The notes: generated by a model not told the origin, from the sequence alone. DNA of 64,000 nucleotides from the human T2T-CHM13v2.0 reference genome, Homo sapiens (GCF_009914755.1 NC_060929.1), one strand, 5' to 3'; shown: positions 43,620-60,995, numbered from the stretch's first letter. Translations and numbers: made by a program.

Positions 43620-44050
43620 CAAACAGAGTACTGTGTACTGAGCGATGTATCAGGCTGTTATGTTAAATAAAATGAGCATGGCTTTTGCCTTTAGGTACCT
43701 TAGAACATAGTGGGGCTAACAGAAATACAAATTTTCACAAAATTCTAAGTGTGTGAGTGTTAGAAAGCAGAGGTAGATGATAACACAGGGGCCTAAAGCA
43801 GAGAGATCTGACCAAATCAGAGAAGTCAGAGATGTCCTTGAAGAAGCAAAAGCAGAACCAAAGTCTGAAGGATGGAGCAGGCATTAAGGTGGCACACATT
43901 GGTGCAGAAGAGTGCTCCACATAGACAGCACAGCACAGAAAAGCCCTAGGCAGGAAAGATGCTCATAAGGTAAAGGTGGATAGGGTGGTTCACCCACAAA
44001 GAGACAGAGAGGGGGTTGATGCAAGATAGTAGGACAAATCTATTCAGGGC
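43620..44050 (-). mobile_element. L2 3' fragment
   Basis: tactgagcgatgtatcaggc...tcagagatgtccttgaagaag...aaagccctaggcaggaaag. Confidence 0.6.
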
Positions 44051-45898
44051 TTTCTTTTCTCTCTCTCTCTCTTTTTTAAATGAAAGATTTTTTTAATGGA
44101 AGAAATAATCACTTCTATTTATCTATCATTCAGCTTCAACAATTATTAACTTACAGTCAATCTTATTTTATGTATAACTTCTCTTGCACTTGTCCTCAAC
44201 CTGGCTTATTTTGAAGCAAATCCAAGACATATATTTTTTTTCTTCTATAAATATGTCAGTTTTCATTCTCAAATATAAAGTCTCCTTTAAAAAATTTAAC
44301 CACAAAACCATTTTCATACTTAGAATATAAACAATATTATTATTAAATCTAGTCAGTGTTCAGACTTTCCCAACTAATATGTATCAACAAATATATGTAT
44401 ATATGTGTGTATAGATGGATAATTTTTTATAATTTAAAAATTAAATAAGGTCCATGCACTGTAATTGGTTGATATATACCCTAAGTCTCATTCTCTCTAT
44501 GGGTTCCTTCTACATTTTTGGGGTTTTTTTAAATTGATTTGTTGGAGAAGTAACATTTTGTCCTATAGAATTTCCCATGACCTGAAATGCGGATCGACTA
44601 CCCGTGGTGTTATTTAATACATTCCTCTCTCTCCTGTATTTTTCTGTAAATAATTGGTGGATTAGGGGCTTGATCAGATTCTGCATTGACCATTTGGCAA
44701 GAATAACCTCATGGTGGTTCCCTGTAATTCAAGGCGTTGTCTTTCCTTGTGGTTCACAGCCATTGAAGATCATGGCTTAGACCATTATTTCCTCAGGATA
44801 CACAATCATTCTGCATTCATTTATTAGCTGAAATACTCCTGTAAAGAAAAACTTTCCCCTTATTAACTATTTGGTCCCTGACATATAGTTTGTAAATGGA
44901 AGGAAGATATATGGTTGATTCTTTCCTTTAATTTACAAGTTGTCAGAATAATTATCAATGAGGGCTTTTGAAGTATCATTTTAAACACATAGATTTAAAC
45001 ATGTTTGCATTTCGATTCAATTAATAGTTAATACTCAAATTTTTTCACTTTTAGGCAATAGAAAGTACTTCAGGTAATAATCTGGGGTCACTTCCTTGCT
45101 TTCAGGTATGACAAAATATTTTGAGTTCATCATGTCCATTAACTATGCCAGATATTAATTTGGCTGTTTACCTAAGAAACTTTGGTTCCTTTATGGGAAA
45201 TAGTTTGGAGATTACAATACAGGTAATAATAGTGCTGGGGGATCATTGTTTTTAGGACTTCTCATGGATAAAGCTTTATTTTAAAGATGTAATATTTGTG
45301 TTTATGCTTTCAATTCATATTTGAGATCACAGGGTTTTTATCTAACCTTTCAGTCTTCCATGTGTATCTCCTTTCTCCCACATTGAGAACACCGATTTTC
45401 ATGGCACCGAACTAATCACTTTTTGCTGTAATCACCTAATGGACCAGAGAAAAGTCCCAAAGTGACCCCCAAAATTATAATTGCTTAAAACCATTTTAAG
45501 TCCTGTTGCAGCCTAGGTTGTCCATAGGGCATATACTCCTAGGGATATATGGTCAAATCACATTGTTTTTTGTCACTTGTTTAACTCCATTATTGTGTCT
45601 CTAATTTGATATACAGTTTCATCTTGCTTTAGATTTTAGTATTGCTTTTTATTTACTTCTGTTTCACTGTTATGTAAGTATGTGTATACAAAACACCCCA
45701 ACCCATATAATGATTTCTATTTGATGATAATTTTTTAATAAAATATGTAAGCCAATACTCATTTATGTTTCAATGTCCCCCTTTTCACGGATAAATGGTA
45801 GCATACTTTATGTACTTTTCTTCACCTTGTCTTTTACACCTCATGTATCCCGGAAATCATGTTATAGTAGTTTAAAGAAATACACCACATTTTATCTT

Positions 45899-46968
<1,070 letters not shown>

Positions 46969-47128
46969 TTTATTTTACCGTTCTCCACTTGATAGACACG
47001 TAGGTGGTTTCCTGTCTTTCCATTGCAAAGTTATTCATTTCATACTGTGTTACACATATGTTTTCATATTTTTTGCCAGATTCCTACCGGTGGATGCTGG
47101 GTAAAAATATACAAGTATGAGAAATTTT

Positions 47129-47262
47129 GGGCTGGACACAGTGGCTCACATCCCAGCATTTTGGGAGGCCAAGGTGGGAGGAATGCCTGAGCCCAGGCAT
47201 TTGAGACCAGCCTGGACAACATAGCAAGACTCTGTCTTTATTAAATTATAATTTTTTAAAAA
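47129..47262 (+). mobile_element. FLAM_C/AluJ-type monomer
   Basis: ggctggacacagtggctcac...gagcccaggcatttgagaccagcctggacaacatagcaagac. Confidence 0.85.
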
Positions 47263-47633
47263 AGAAAGGTTTATACATATGGCCCATATACCCTCCCTAG
47301 GGTTTGTAACAGTTTGAATTCCTACTAACAGTATTCCTACTAACAGTATGTAAGAACAACTTTTTTTCACATAGCTACATCAATCAAGTATGTTGTCAAA
47401 CCTTCAGATCTTTGTTCATCTGAAAGGTAAATAATGGTACCTTGACAGATTGAAGACAGCCAAGAGTGGAAAGGGTATACCAATCAAACGATATAGATAT
47501 GGTACGATTGACAATTGGAATAAAGTTAAAGTCACAATATTCAGGAGGAAAAATGATAGGACTTGGTATAGAATCAAACTCAGAGACAGAAAGGAAGGGA
47601 GTACCAGAATAAATCTTTTCAAAAAGCCAAAAT

Positions 47634-47826
47634 AGTCTGGGCAACATGGTAAAACCCCACCTCTACAAAACATACAAAATTTAGTTGGGAGTGGTGGCAC
47701 ACCTGTAATCCCAGCTACTCGAGAGGTTAAGCCTTCAGTGATCCAAGATTGCACCACTGCACTGCAGCCTGAGCAACAGAATGAGACCCTGTCTCAAAAA
47801 ATATAATAATGACAATAAAATAAAAA
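47634..47826 (+). mobile_element. Truncated, internally deleted AluJ-like fragment
   Basis: agtctgggcaacatggtaaaacccc...ccagctactcgagagg...gagaccctgtctcaaaaa. Confidence 0.85.
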
Positions 47827-48076
47827 CATAGGAAATAAAATTTTTTTACTTGTAGTTTTCTCACCACCCTTTTAAGAAACAACTTCTAAATGCTTTCTTC
47901 TCTATGTGGAACACTATCTTTCTTTTAGTTGTAGAACAGTTTTGAGTGAAATGTTTGTAATATATGAAAATACATTTACTAAAGAAAATTGTGCTGAAAT
48001 GATATAAATGGGTCAAGATGAACGTATGATATTTGAAATGATCTTAAGGTTTTGTCTGTATAAGGCAATTTTCTAG

Positions 48077-48813
48077 GTTTAAATTAAGTTTGGCCTAAAG
48101 CTGACTTTTTATATATTTTAAGTTCAGCCTAAAGATTTCTCCATACATGATAAACTGCAAGCCAACTTGATGTGTAAAGAGATTATAACCTACATGTCTA
48201 ACAAGTAGCAGAGTCTTAGCCAATCACAGTAGCCAAATGTCAGTCAATCATAGTCAGCCAGCTGTTCAAGCCAGGTTGAAATAAGGGCAATGTCCATTTG
48301 TAACCAATCTAGCTGTTTCTGTACCTCACTTGATTTGAGACAGCCAGGTGGGAGGGGTTCCCTGGAGACACTCCAACCAGCCTGCCCACTGAGGTGGAGC
48401 CTTGGGAAGTTCATGACATTTGCAACAGAGAGGAGCCTGGCCCCTCCTCTTCCTGTGGAACCTGGGATTCGAACGGCCAGGCAGGAAGCACTCTAGTAGG
48501 GACTGTGGCTTAGCAAGAGTCCCTGTTTCCTCCTTTTCTTCCTTTTCACCCAATAAAACCCTGTCTTACCATTCAAATTGTCTGTGAGCCTAAATTTCTG
48601 TGGCCATGAGACAATCCCATCTTTAGCTAAACTAAGGAAAAGTCCTGCAACATGTTTACTGTATGTCACTTTCTTTTTTTTGTCCATAAATTTTATTCAA
48701 CCACAAGATAGCCCTGGTTCTCCTCTGAACCCACTCTAGGTCCGAGGGGTTGCCTGATTTGTGAATCATTCTTTGCTCGGTTAAATTCTGTTAAATTTGT
48801 CTAAAGTTTTACA
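48077..48813 (+). mobile_element. MER57 5' LTR (split by MER61)
   Basis: ttaaattaagtttggcctaaagctg...gctgtttctgtacctcact | ...gaatcattctttgctcggttaaattctgttaaattt. Followed by partial leader aagtgggatctgaa. Confidence 0.88.
48336..48652 (+). mobile_element. MER61A/B-like solo LTR
   Basis: tgagacagccaggtgggagggg...cccaataaaa...actaaggaaaagtcctgcaaca. TG/CA ends; MER57 sequence resumes directly after. Confidence 0.85.
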
Positions 48814-51307
48814 AGTGGGATCTGAAGTAGAGCTTCTGGTGACCCCCAGGAGCATCATGTGGCCAAGCAAGGTACCTGATGAGCCCACTGTGTCCGTTGC
48901 TGTCTCACAGCAACTGGGGAAGGTAAGTTTTTTGTCAAATTTGAAAACTTCAGAGATTTGTATTTTGAGCTATCTGAGTTTGTTCAAGGAAATTTTTTAT
49001 CCACACTGGGCTAAAACTTGGGACAGAAATTGGACTGATTCTAGCTTTGGATTGGATCCAGAAATTAACTGGATTGGATCTTGTTATAAGCCTCAAATAT
49101 ATAAGTGGGTCACACATAAACTGGCATCAAATGGCAATACTGCAAGGAGTGCAAACTCTGGCTTCCAGAAATTCATAGGGATTTTGTGTTCTATTCTTTT
49201 TGTTTCTTTTTCTTGCATGCTTAGATAGGGAAATCTCATTGGCTAAGTTGATCACAAAGATCACAGAGGCAAAGCCAAGATAGAGTATAAAAATGGGACT
49301 GTTAATTTCTGAAGAACTTACTCTACCTTCATGCTACACCTACCTTTACATATATGTAGGTATTAGGCCCCAGAGGCAGCAAATGCTTACTAAAATGGCA
49401 AAATCTTACTAAACGCAATTTTAAATTATGGTGGAACATTCCAAATGAACAACACTACACTTTAAGAAATGCACTTAAAAATGACAGCTCCCAAAGTAGG
49501 CTCACCCAGGGATGCCTATTGATGTGTAGAAACTTATAAAAAGATTTTTATATTTTTATTGCCCCTTTTAAAAGACTTTTTACAAAAGGCAAATAAAAAG
49601 CATGAGTGACTAATTGATTTTAAAAATTTGACTGTGTTAACCTGTTGGTTTAGTTACTATCCTGTCCTAAAGGCAAAAAGCAAGTTGAATAAAAGTTTAT
49701 ACATAATGGGACCTCAGGTAAATACATAGGCTTGCTTCCTTCTCAGAGCTATTGGTGTTGAGTCCAGGCATAGACAATGTTTTCTTTGCCTTTTTTCTTA
49801 ATGGGCTCCACCCTAAACTGAGTAATTTTAGCTAAGAAACAGAAGCTAAGTTAAAAAGACCACCTATGGAACTAAAATCAGTTTCTAAAATACGCCTTTC
49901 TGGCACTTAGCTGGTTATTTTGAGGTGCTTTTGTAAAATAAATTTTCATTTACAATAGAAATTTCCATTTGTAAGGATGTCTGCTTCTGTGCACTGGGAA
50001 CAGAAGGAGGACTGAGTCACTGGAAACACTTACAATGAAAAAGGCATAAATTTCTGTAACAAGACAAACATTGTTTAAAGTGCTTTTTCTGGCCATCTTA
50101 TCTTAACCAGGCCTTTACCTAAACCCTCCCTTCCTTGGTTTTGGCAAATGATGGTATTTAGGCCGAGCTAGTAAATAGTTTTTAGGAAAGATGAATGGAC
50201 CCTTGGAAGAATGGGTAATGGTTTGTGTCAAGGTTTGTCTGAATGTGAAGTCTCCTTTCCTGTGATAAAAGTTAATCTTCCATGGTTCCTGGAACACCTA
50301 AGGAAAATATTAAGGACAATTAAGTTCCTTTGGAAAATAGACAAGGGGAATTCAAAAAGCCTTGCTTTGTTTAACTATTGGTAGCAATAATATACCAAAG
50401 TGACATATTTTAGTGTAGTATTTTCTAAACTTCTTCAATAGTCAGCTTTTTAAAAATAACCAATCCAAGCATAATTGTTAAGAACTAATAATGTAGGTAA
50501 AGGCAAATGGCATTAAAATTACCATTGAACTTAGAGTTTCAAAACTCTTTCAGCAATTTAAAATCTTTAAGTAATGTTAAATTAAATAATAGATACTCAT
50601 TAAATATATGAATAATTTCTAAGCAAGTTAAAATCCTGACACATGAATTATTAAACATAAGTTGTTTATATATTCCAACATCTTGCTTTTATATAGTATA
50701 CAGAAGCAAAATATATTTGCATATGTTAAGAAACAAAAAATTGAGGAAACATGACTTTCTAAAAATTATAACATGGTTTTCACCTATAAATACTGATATA
50801 AAACAGATCAAATTGCTCACTTCCTAGGATTTTCACTGGAAATTAAGGTTACTAAGAGTTAAATTGTTATTAATGTAAGTTACAGTGAGTTCCTCTTCAA
50901 AGGTTTAATTTGTTCAACTTTCTTGTTCTTTGTTCCTATAAAGAACTCCCTTGTACCTCCTCGTCCCTAGTTACCAGCTTAGTTACCTGGTTTGTAAACA
51001 ACTCTTCCTACCAGTCCTGACCTGTAACTCACATCCCCCTTTCCTTCCTTATTTGGGAAAATATTCACAAATAGCCATTTGGGTCAGCTTAGATTGTGCA
51101 GTCTGACCCCAGCCCATGGGGGGAGTGACACACAGGTAGGGACTGCTTTGGGGATAAAAACCCCTTCCCTCTTTTCTTTGGGGTGCTCTAGGAGTAGCCA
51201 AAACTATGAGCAGCACCCATCTGCAGAAGTAAACTTTGCCTTGCTGAGAAATTCTCTGTTTGAGTGCTTGTTCTCTTGGTGACTCTAACCTCTTATTTCC
51301 AACAACC

Positions 51308-51325
51308 TAGGGCTTCGTCTGGGAT
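51308..51325 (+). other. Degenerate tRNA-Pro primer binding site
   Basis: TAGGGCTTCGTCTGGGAT matches TGGGGGCTCGTCCGGGAT at 14/18 and lies 3 nt after the 5' LTR end. Confidence 0.75.
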
Positions 51326-51805
51326 CCCATTCTCCTCCGGGATCCCCTCTCATGAGGAGACACGTTCCGCTGCCTCATTGTGGCAGCCTTGGGGGTAAGG
51401 AATTGAGACCCACCGAGTTTGACAAATAAACCCGGACTCTCAGCAATGCAGGATGAAAAGGCCTACAGATACCACAATGACCAGGTAACTTTGTGCATAA
51501 ACCAAGGTAAGAAAAACCACAGGGGCAGTGAAGTACTTCCTTGGTGGTCAGGACATCCTGGTGGTTGAATATGTGTGAATGAGATGCACAATTGAGTATG
51601 AAGTGAAAGCAGGGTAGTGCTGGAAACCTCCACTGGCAGAGAGGGGGTGGAGGAGTTAAGCCTGCAGGGAAAGGGTGCAAGAAATCTCTAGTAGGAGAGG
51701 TTCAGCCCCACAGAGCCTCCAGGGCAAAGGGTGCAAGAAATCTCTAGTAGAGAGGTTGAGCCCTACAGACCCAGAAAACTCAGGGAAACACCTAAAACTT
51801 TCAGG

Positions 51806-52489
51806 ATGGGAAATATCTCAAGCAAGGCAGAAAATAAAAAGTACAAGAGAGACAATAAAATTCCCTCCGATAGTCCAGTGAGGAAATAAAGAGACCTAAG
51901 GGAAATGATAATTAAAGGAATTAGAGAATTGGTGCCCCACACCCAGAATATTACCAAAGCCTTTAATATAAAGTGGAGAAAGGATAAAGGACCTATGGGG
52001 TACTTAGGTAGGCTTAAAGAGCAAATGAGAAAGTATGCTGGCCCAGAATTAGAAGAATCCCTGGGACAAGAGATGTTAAAACTCCACTTTGTCACCAATA
52101 GTTGGCCAGATATTACAAGGAAATTACAGAAGATAGAAAATTGGAAAGACCGTCCCATAGAGGAACTTTTAAGAGAGGCCCAAAAGGTATATGTACGAAG
52201 GGATGAGGAAAGGCAGAAGCAAAAGGCAAAAATTATGCTGTCCACCCTACAACAGGGGACTCTTCAACAGGGAGCCCAGGGAGATAGAACCTGTAAGCCT
52301 TCCAAATACCTGGCTGTCAGACCCTACACAGGAGGCAAAGGAATCAAGACGGAAGGCCAGGAAATAAAAAGAGGAAAAGGGCAAAACAAATATTTCAAAT
52401 GTGGAAAAACAGGTCACTTTAAAAGAGAATGCCCTAAGTGGGAAAAAGACAAGGAAGTCATCCCACTTACGGCTTTTGAGGAAGAATAG
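51806..52489 (+). pseudogene. gag: ERV gag remnant (matrix start, large deletion, 194-aa open capsid C-terminal/nucleocapsid part)
   Basis: MGNISSK...IPSDSP at 51806. ORF 51905-52489 has LKLHFVTNSWPDITRKLQK and zinc knuckle YFKCGKTGHFKREC (first Cys replaced by Tyr). Ends in TAG before pro. Confidence 0.9.
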
Positions 52490-53607
52490 GGGGCTCTGTC
52501 TTTTCTATCTTGAATCCCACCAAGAGCTTTTGATAAATTTAGAGGTGGGACCCAACTCCAAGCTTATTACTTTTTTTTAATCGACTCAGGGGCGGCTCAC
52601 TCCTCTGTTTGTCATTCCCCACCTGGTGTAATTTGTTCACAAGAAGAACTCTTTATTTCAGGAGTGAAGGGAGAACAATTTAAAGCAAAAATTATAGAGG
52701 AAACAAAAGTCATATACAAAAATAAATCAGCTAACATAAAATTTTTGTTAATACCAGAGGCAGGAACTAACTTACTAGGAAGAGATTTAATGCTAGAATT
52801 AGGTTTAGGCCCCTATGTTAACCAGAGAAAAGTTCTCAACTCCCTAAACTTACTCACTACTTAGATGAAGAGTATATCCATCCTAGTATCTGGTCAAGGG
52901 AAGGCAATCGAGGAAAGCTACTGGCTCTTCTAATCCATGTCAAATTAAAAACTCCTGGGGAAGTAGTAAAAAGAAAACCAAAACCTACTCCTTTAAAAGC
53001 TAGAATAGGTTTAAAACCTATAATTGAAAGACTTGTCCATGATGGACTCCTTGAACCCCGTATGTCCTCTTATAACACTCCCATATTGCCTGTAAGGAAA
53101 CCAGATGGGTCATATTGGTTAGTACAAGACCTAAGGGCTATTAATCAAATAGTTCAAACCACCCATGCTGTTGTTCCCAATCCTTACACTCTTATAAGTA
53201 GGATCCCACACAACCACCAATGGTTCTACGGGTTAAATTCTACTACTAACCTTCCTACATTTGAAACAAAAGATCAGTTCCTTAAAAACTATATATTTGG
53301 TCTGTCTTCCACCTTTTCCTCCCTTAGGACTCAAGGTCTTCTAGCACAGACTCCACCCCTCGAATTTCCAGTTCACCAGCGCCAACCTGGAGATTACGTC
53401 CTTGTCAAAAGCTGGAAAGAGGGAATGCTTGAGCCCTCCTGGGAAGGACCTTACCTGGTGCTCCTCACAACTGAGACTGCAGTCCAAACTGCTGAAAAGG
53501 GGTGGACGCATCATATGCGAGTCAAAAAGGCATCGCCCTCTCCAAAGCCATGGACCATTGTCCCAGGGCCAACTCCCACCAGAGTAATGTTAAAAAGAAA
53601 ATATTAA
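52490..53607 (+). pseudogene. pol: ERV pro-pol remnant; RT N-terminus fused to integrase C-terminus
   Basis: Protease active site atc gac tca ggg gcg (IDSGA) and NLLGRDL. RT SSYNTPILPVRKPDGSYWLVQDLRAIN...HQWF joined directly to integrase tail PGDYVLVKSW...WEGPYLVLLTT...WTH. Confidence 0.9.
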
Positions 53608-55430
53608 TCTGTTTCTTCCTCCTTTTCCTCTTCTCCCCAGCTGTCTCACATCTTATTCCAAAGCCAAAGAAAGCTAGCCTCTTCAGAAAAGTACTCCCGC
53701 ACCAAATGAGCACAGGGCAGTCATTGGAAGTTCTGTTTTGGTTGGGGAGATGTGGTCTGAACAATCAAGTATCAAGGCTGGACCTCCCCAGGAGGAGGTT
53801 GCACTAACCTAAACCCTTACATCCACTTTACAAAAAAGACAACTCCCTCTAATTGTCAACTCCAACAATGTAACCCTGTGCAAATCTCTATTACTGTCAC
53901 CACCTCTACCAACACTAACCCCACTGTAGGTTGCTTCTATGGCATAGGAGCTGATGTTCCTGGAATAGACCCTATAGGATCCTTTGAAATGCACTTCATT
54001 ACTCCTCCACCCTCTTCCCTTCCTCCACCTTCTAAACCTTATTCCAATCAAACAGCTGTTCTTTACATACCCAACGACGAAACTATAGTAAACATTGTAG
54101 AAGTTAAGGATTTAAAAGAAACCCTAGCCATAGAAACTGGGTATCAAGATGTAAATGCCTGGCTGGAATAGATTAAATATTCTGTTCACACCCTAAATAA
54201 GAGTTATTGTTACGCTTGTGCCACAGGCAGGCCAGAAACCCAAATTGTTCGCTTTCCACTTGGATGGTTCTCCAACCAACAGAGTATGAGTTGTATGGTA
54301 GCTCTCTTCCAAGACCCTGCAGCTTGGGGCAGTAAGGCATGCTGAACTCTCTCGCTGCTATTCTTGGAAGTTTAAGGCCCTGTAGGTCAGCCCCCAAGGG
54401 CCTTCCGGCCTCTGGTTAGCAATGTCAGTTTTACCTTGTGTCTCTCATGACAAAGGGAAAATTTAGCATTCCTTGGAAGCCTAATGGGATGCAGTGAGTC
54501 CAAGCCTTTTCAGGAGCTAACCAATCTGTCTGCCCTTGTTCATCCCCTGGCGGATGTATGGTGGTATTGCGGTGGACCACTGTTGGGTACTCTGCCAAGT
54601 AACTGGAGCGGCACTTGCACTGTAGTCCAATTGGCCATTCCTTTTACGCTGGCATTTCATCAACCAAACAAACAGAAAGGAAAATTGCAAAAAATGGAAG
54701 GTGCCCCTCATGGGTCTTTTGAACCTGGCATTTATATAGGTGCCATCGGAGTTCCATGAGGGGTACCAAATGAATTTAAAGCTCGAAATCAAGTAGCTGC
54801 AGGATTTGAATCTGCATTATTCTGGTGGTCTACTATAAACAAAAATGTAAATTGGATAAATTACATTTACTATAATTGACAGCAATTTGTCAATTACATA
54901 AGAGATGCCATTAAAGGAATAGCTGAACAATTAGGCCCTACCAGCCAAATGGCCTGGGAAAATAGAAGAGCCCTTGACATGATATTAGCTGAAAAAGGTA
55001 CAGTATATGTCATAATTAGGACCCAATGCTGTACTTTCATCCATAATAACACCACCCCCTATGGAACCATAACAAAGGCTCTACAAAGTCTTACTATCTT
55101 AGCCAATGAGTTAGGTAAGGTATTCTGAAAATTACAGAATAAACAACCTCTTCACTAATTTAATGGGAAAATGGCTTGGCAAATGAAAGGGACTCACTCA
55201 TGACCTCAGTCCTCACCTCCCTTACAACTGTAATAGCTGTACTTATTCTTGTAGGGTGCTGCATTATACCCTGTGTCTGCGGATTGGTGCAAAAACTTAT
55301 TGAAACAGCTCTCACTAAAACCTTCTCCAATTCTCCCCCACCATATTTAGATAAGCTGTTACTCTTAGAAAATCAAGAAGAACAACAAAGCCAAAATATG
55401 TTAGACAAATTTGAAAAGGAAGAATTATAA
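53550..55430 (+). pseudogene. env: ERV env remnant, gamma-type, disrupted
   Basis: Signal-like ILICFFLLFLFSP, SU WWYCGGPLLGTLPSNWSGTC, ISD-like NRRALDMILAEKG followed by TQCC, TM VIAVLILVGCCIIPC. Several stops and frameshifts. Confidence 0.9.
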
Positions 55431-55891
55431 AAATCAAAGGTGGGGGAAATTGCAAGGTACAGTGAGTTCCTCTTCAAAGGTTTAGCTTGTTCAACTTCTT
55501 TGTTCTTTGTTCCTAAAAACAACTCCCTTGTACCTCCTTGCCCCTAGTTACCTGCTTAGTTAACTGCTTTGTAAACAACTCTTCCCGCCAGCCTCGACCT
55601 GTAACTTATATCCCCCTTCCCTTTCTTATTTGGGAAAATATTCACAAACAGCCAATCGGGTCAGCTTAGATTGTGTGGTCTGACCCCAGCCCATGTGGGG
55701 AGTGACACAGAGGTAGGGACTGCATTAGGGATAAAAACTCCTCTCTTTTCTTTGGGGTGCTCTAGGAGTAGCCAAAACTATGAGCAGCACCCTTCTGCAG
55801 AAGTACATTTTGCCTTGCTGAGAAGTTCTCTGTTTGAGTGCTCGTTCTCTTGGCGACTCTGACCTTTTATTTCCAATATTAATATGGTTAG

Positions 55892-55999
55892 CATTAATGT
55901 GTGTGATTAAAACTACACACATTAATGTAAAACTACTACATTAATGTGTGTGATTAAAACTACTAAAACTACATTAATGTGTGTGATTAAAACTACTAA
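55892..55999. repeat. Patchwork tandem micro-duplication
   Basis: CATTAATGTGTGTGATTAAAACTAC occurs identically at 55892-55916, 55939-55963 and 55972-55996, with partial units between. Confidence 0.93.
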
Positions 56000-57539
56000 A
56001 TAAGATAAATAATTTCATCTGCAAAGGGTACAAGAAAAACAAGATATATTTTTGGGAAGAAAGATTATAAAGAAGATATAAAAATGTGATTTTTGTTAAA
56101 AGAAAAAAATTTCCCATTTTAGAGATGACTTAAATATTGTTTTAAAATGAAGGAATAAATTTAAAAAATAGAGATAAAACTAAATGAATATTGAAAGCTA
56201 AAATGTAAAAGAAAATCTTGTGTGGTTAAACTGACTCAGGTTAAATGAATGTATTATAAGTGTTTTTAAAATTGAGCCTTAATATCAAAAGTATACCAAT
56301 ATAAAACTAAAATTCAGTTTTCTCTTTTAAATAATATCTTTTTGTAGTAATAATAAGAGAGCAAAAGACTTTCATTCACCTTTTGAGTGAACTACAAAAA
56401 ACAAAAAAGGGGTAGGGGAGAGAAAGGGAAAAAGATTTTGTGTGTTTTCTGCTGTCTTTATTAGGTCTTTTGATTATTTGGAAAATTGAGTGTCTATCAA
56501 ACAGTGAAGGTTTTTTCTTTCTCAAATCTTTTGGTTATTATTTTGGCTAAATGAAGAATTATTATCATGGCCTGTGATCCTATTTTGATCAATTATTTTA
56601 AACCTCTGACATATTTGACTGACTTTCCAAAATCAAAATTCAAAATCAAAATGAAGTCTTGACCTCAAACTAACTTTGGATGTCCCAGAGGGCCCCTGAA
56701 GCATCTAAAAAAGAGAAAATAAAATAAACAAAGATAATAAATGAAGGCATATCTGATATGTTAAATTACACAAGTAGCACTGTCTTGTAACAGGAAAGAA
56801 TGTTTAACCTTTTTTTTGAATTATGTTTCTATGGATATGCTATTAATACATGTTCCAAACTTGTATGAGATTCCTAAAATTCTGATATGTCTTGATGTAT
56901 ATTATCAGTCATAATTATTACTATTATATAAAATTATTACAGGCCACAGGAATAACCAAATTTCCTTGTCAATCGCATCTTTAACCATGACTGTTTTAAG
57001 TCTACTTGTACACAGTAAATTGCTTAATCTGATGCTTTTTTGGAAAGCTCTTTATAAGCTATTATAATCCTAAAGAGTTGTGCTTTCAAGGAGGTTCATG
57101 GAAGGGACTCTGAAAGTACAAATGTCTGATAACTTTAAGATTATACTGTTGGACTGGATAAAAAAACCTCAGAACTCTAATGAAAAAAAAATTGGTTCAT
57201 AATACTGCTAACCCAAGCAGAGAAGAATTAAATTATGAGGAAATACATTGGCTAAGTCAGCCGGTACTGAAAATGTTAAAATATGCAATTTGAATGATCT
57301 CCTTGATCCAAGTCAAATTACCTATAATAATTAATTTAATAAACAGTGCTATGCACTGGAATTGGAGAAACAAAATTGGTATTTCAGAGGATATAAATTC
57401 AATATGAAATGTGTACTCACAGAGGGCCTGAACAGCTGCCTAGTCCTTCCTGCTTCCTTAACACCTCCATTATTAAAACTCTACACTCCATGACTCATCA
57501 TGGAATAGATGATTGAAATAATGAAAAAAAAATGTGTGG

Positions 57540-59830
<2,291 letters not shown>

Positions 59831-59842
59831 TCAAAAGTTTTA

Positions 59843-60151
<309 letters not shown>

Positions 60152-60371
60152 TAAATAGTTGCATGCAGCCATCTGTAGAACATTAAATGGACCCTCTTTG
60201 ACTGGAATAGAAAATCTCAAAGAAAAGCATGATTATGAGGACAACATAACCTATGAATGGCGTATTTAAACCAGAAAACTAAAAATGATGGTAACTGAGA
60301 AGAGTAGCACTCATGTCCTAAGGTTTGGTCACACTCTCACTTAGGTAAGAACCTGATCAAAAAGGGGAAAT

Positions 60372-60995
<624 letters not shown>

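Larger units (their letters stand above)
50874..55878 (+). mobile_element. LTR10-family / HERV-IP10-like provirus, 5.0 kb, internally deleted
   Basis: LTRs 50874-51304 and 55451-55878 (~90% identical by hand count). PBS, gag-pro-pol-env remnants, PPT aaaggtgggggaaat. 4-bp TSD TTAA at 50870-50873 and 55879-55882. Confidence 0.92.

Noticed and set aside
48640-48660. p53 site in MER61 (family known for p53 elements)
   Set aside because: Only an imperfect half-site (CAACATGTTT) formed at the junction; no full double decamer seen.
48797-49228. 143-aa ORF after the MER57 5' LTR
   Set aside because: Non-ATG start, lies in the ERV leader region, no Gag motifs.
53550-55430. Possible domesticated (syncytin-like) env
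   Set aside because: Multiple stops and frameshifts, no clear furin site (KLQKMEG), and the first Cys of CX6CC is lost.
55892-55999. CRISPR-like look of a 25-bp repeat with intervening sequence
   Set aside because: Spacers are uneven (22 and 8 bp) and made of repeat fragments. The context is eukaryotic, with no cas genes.
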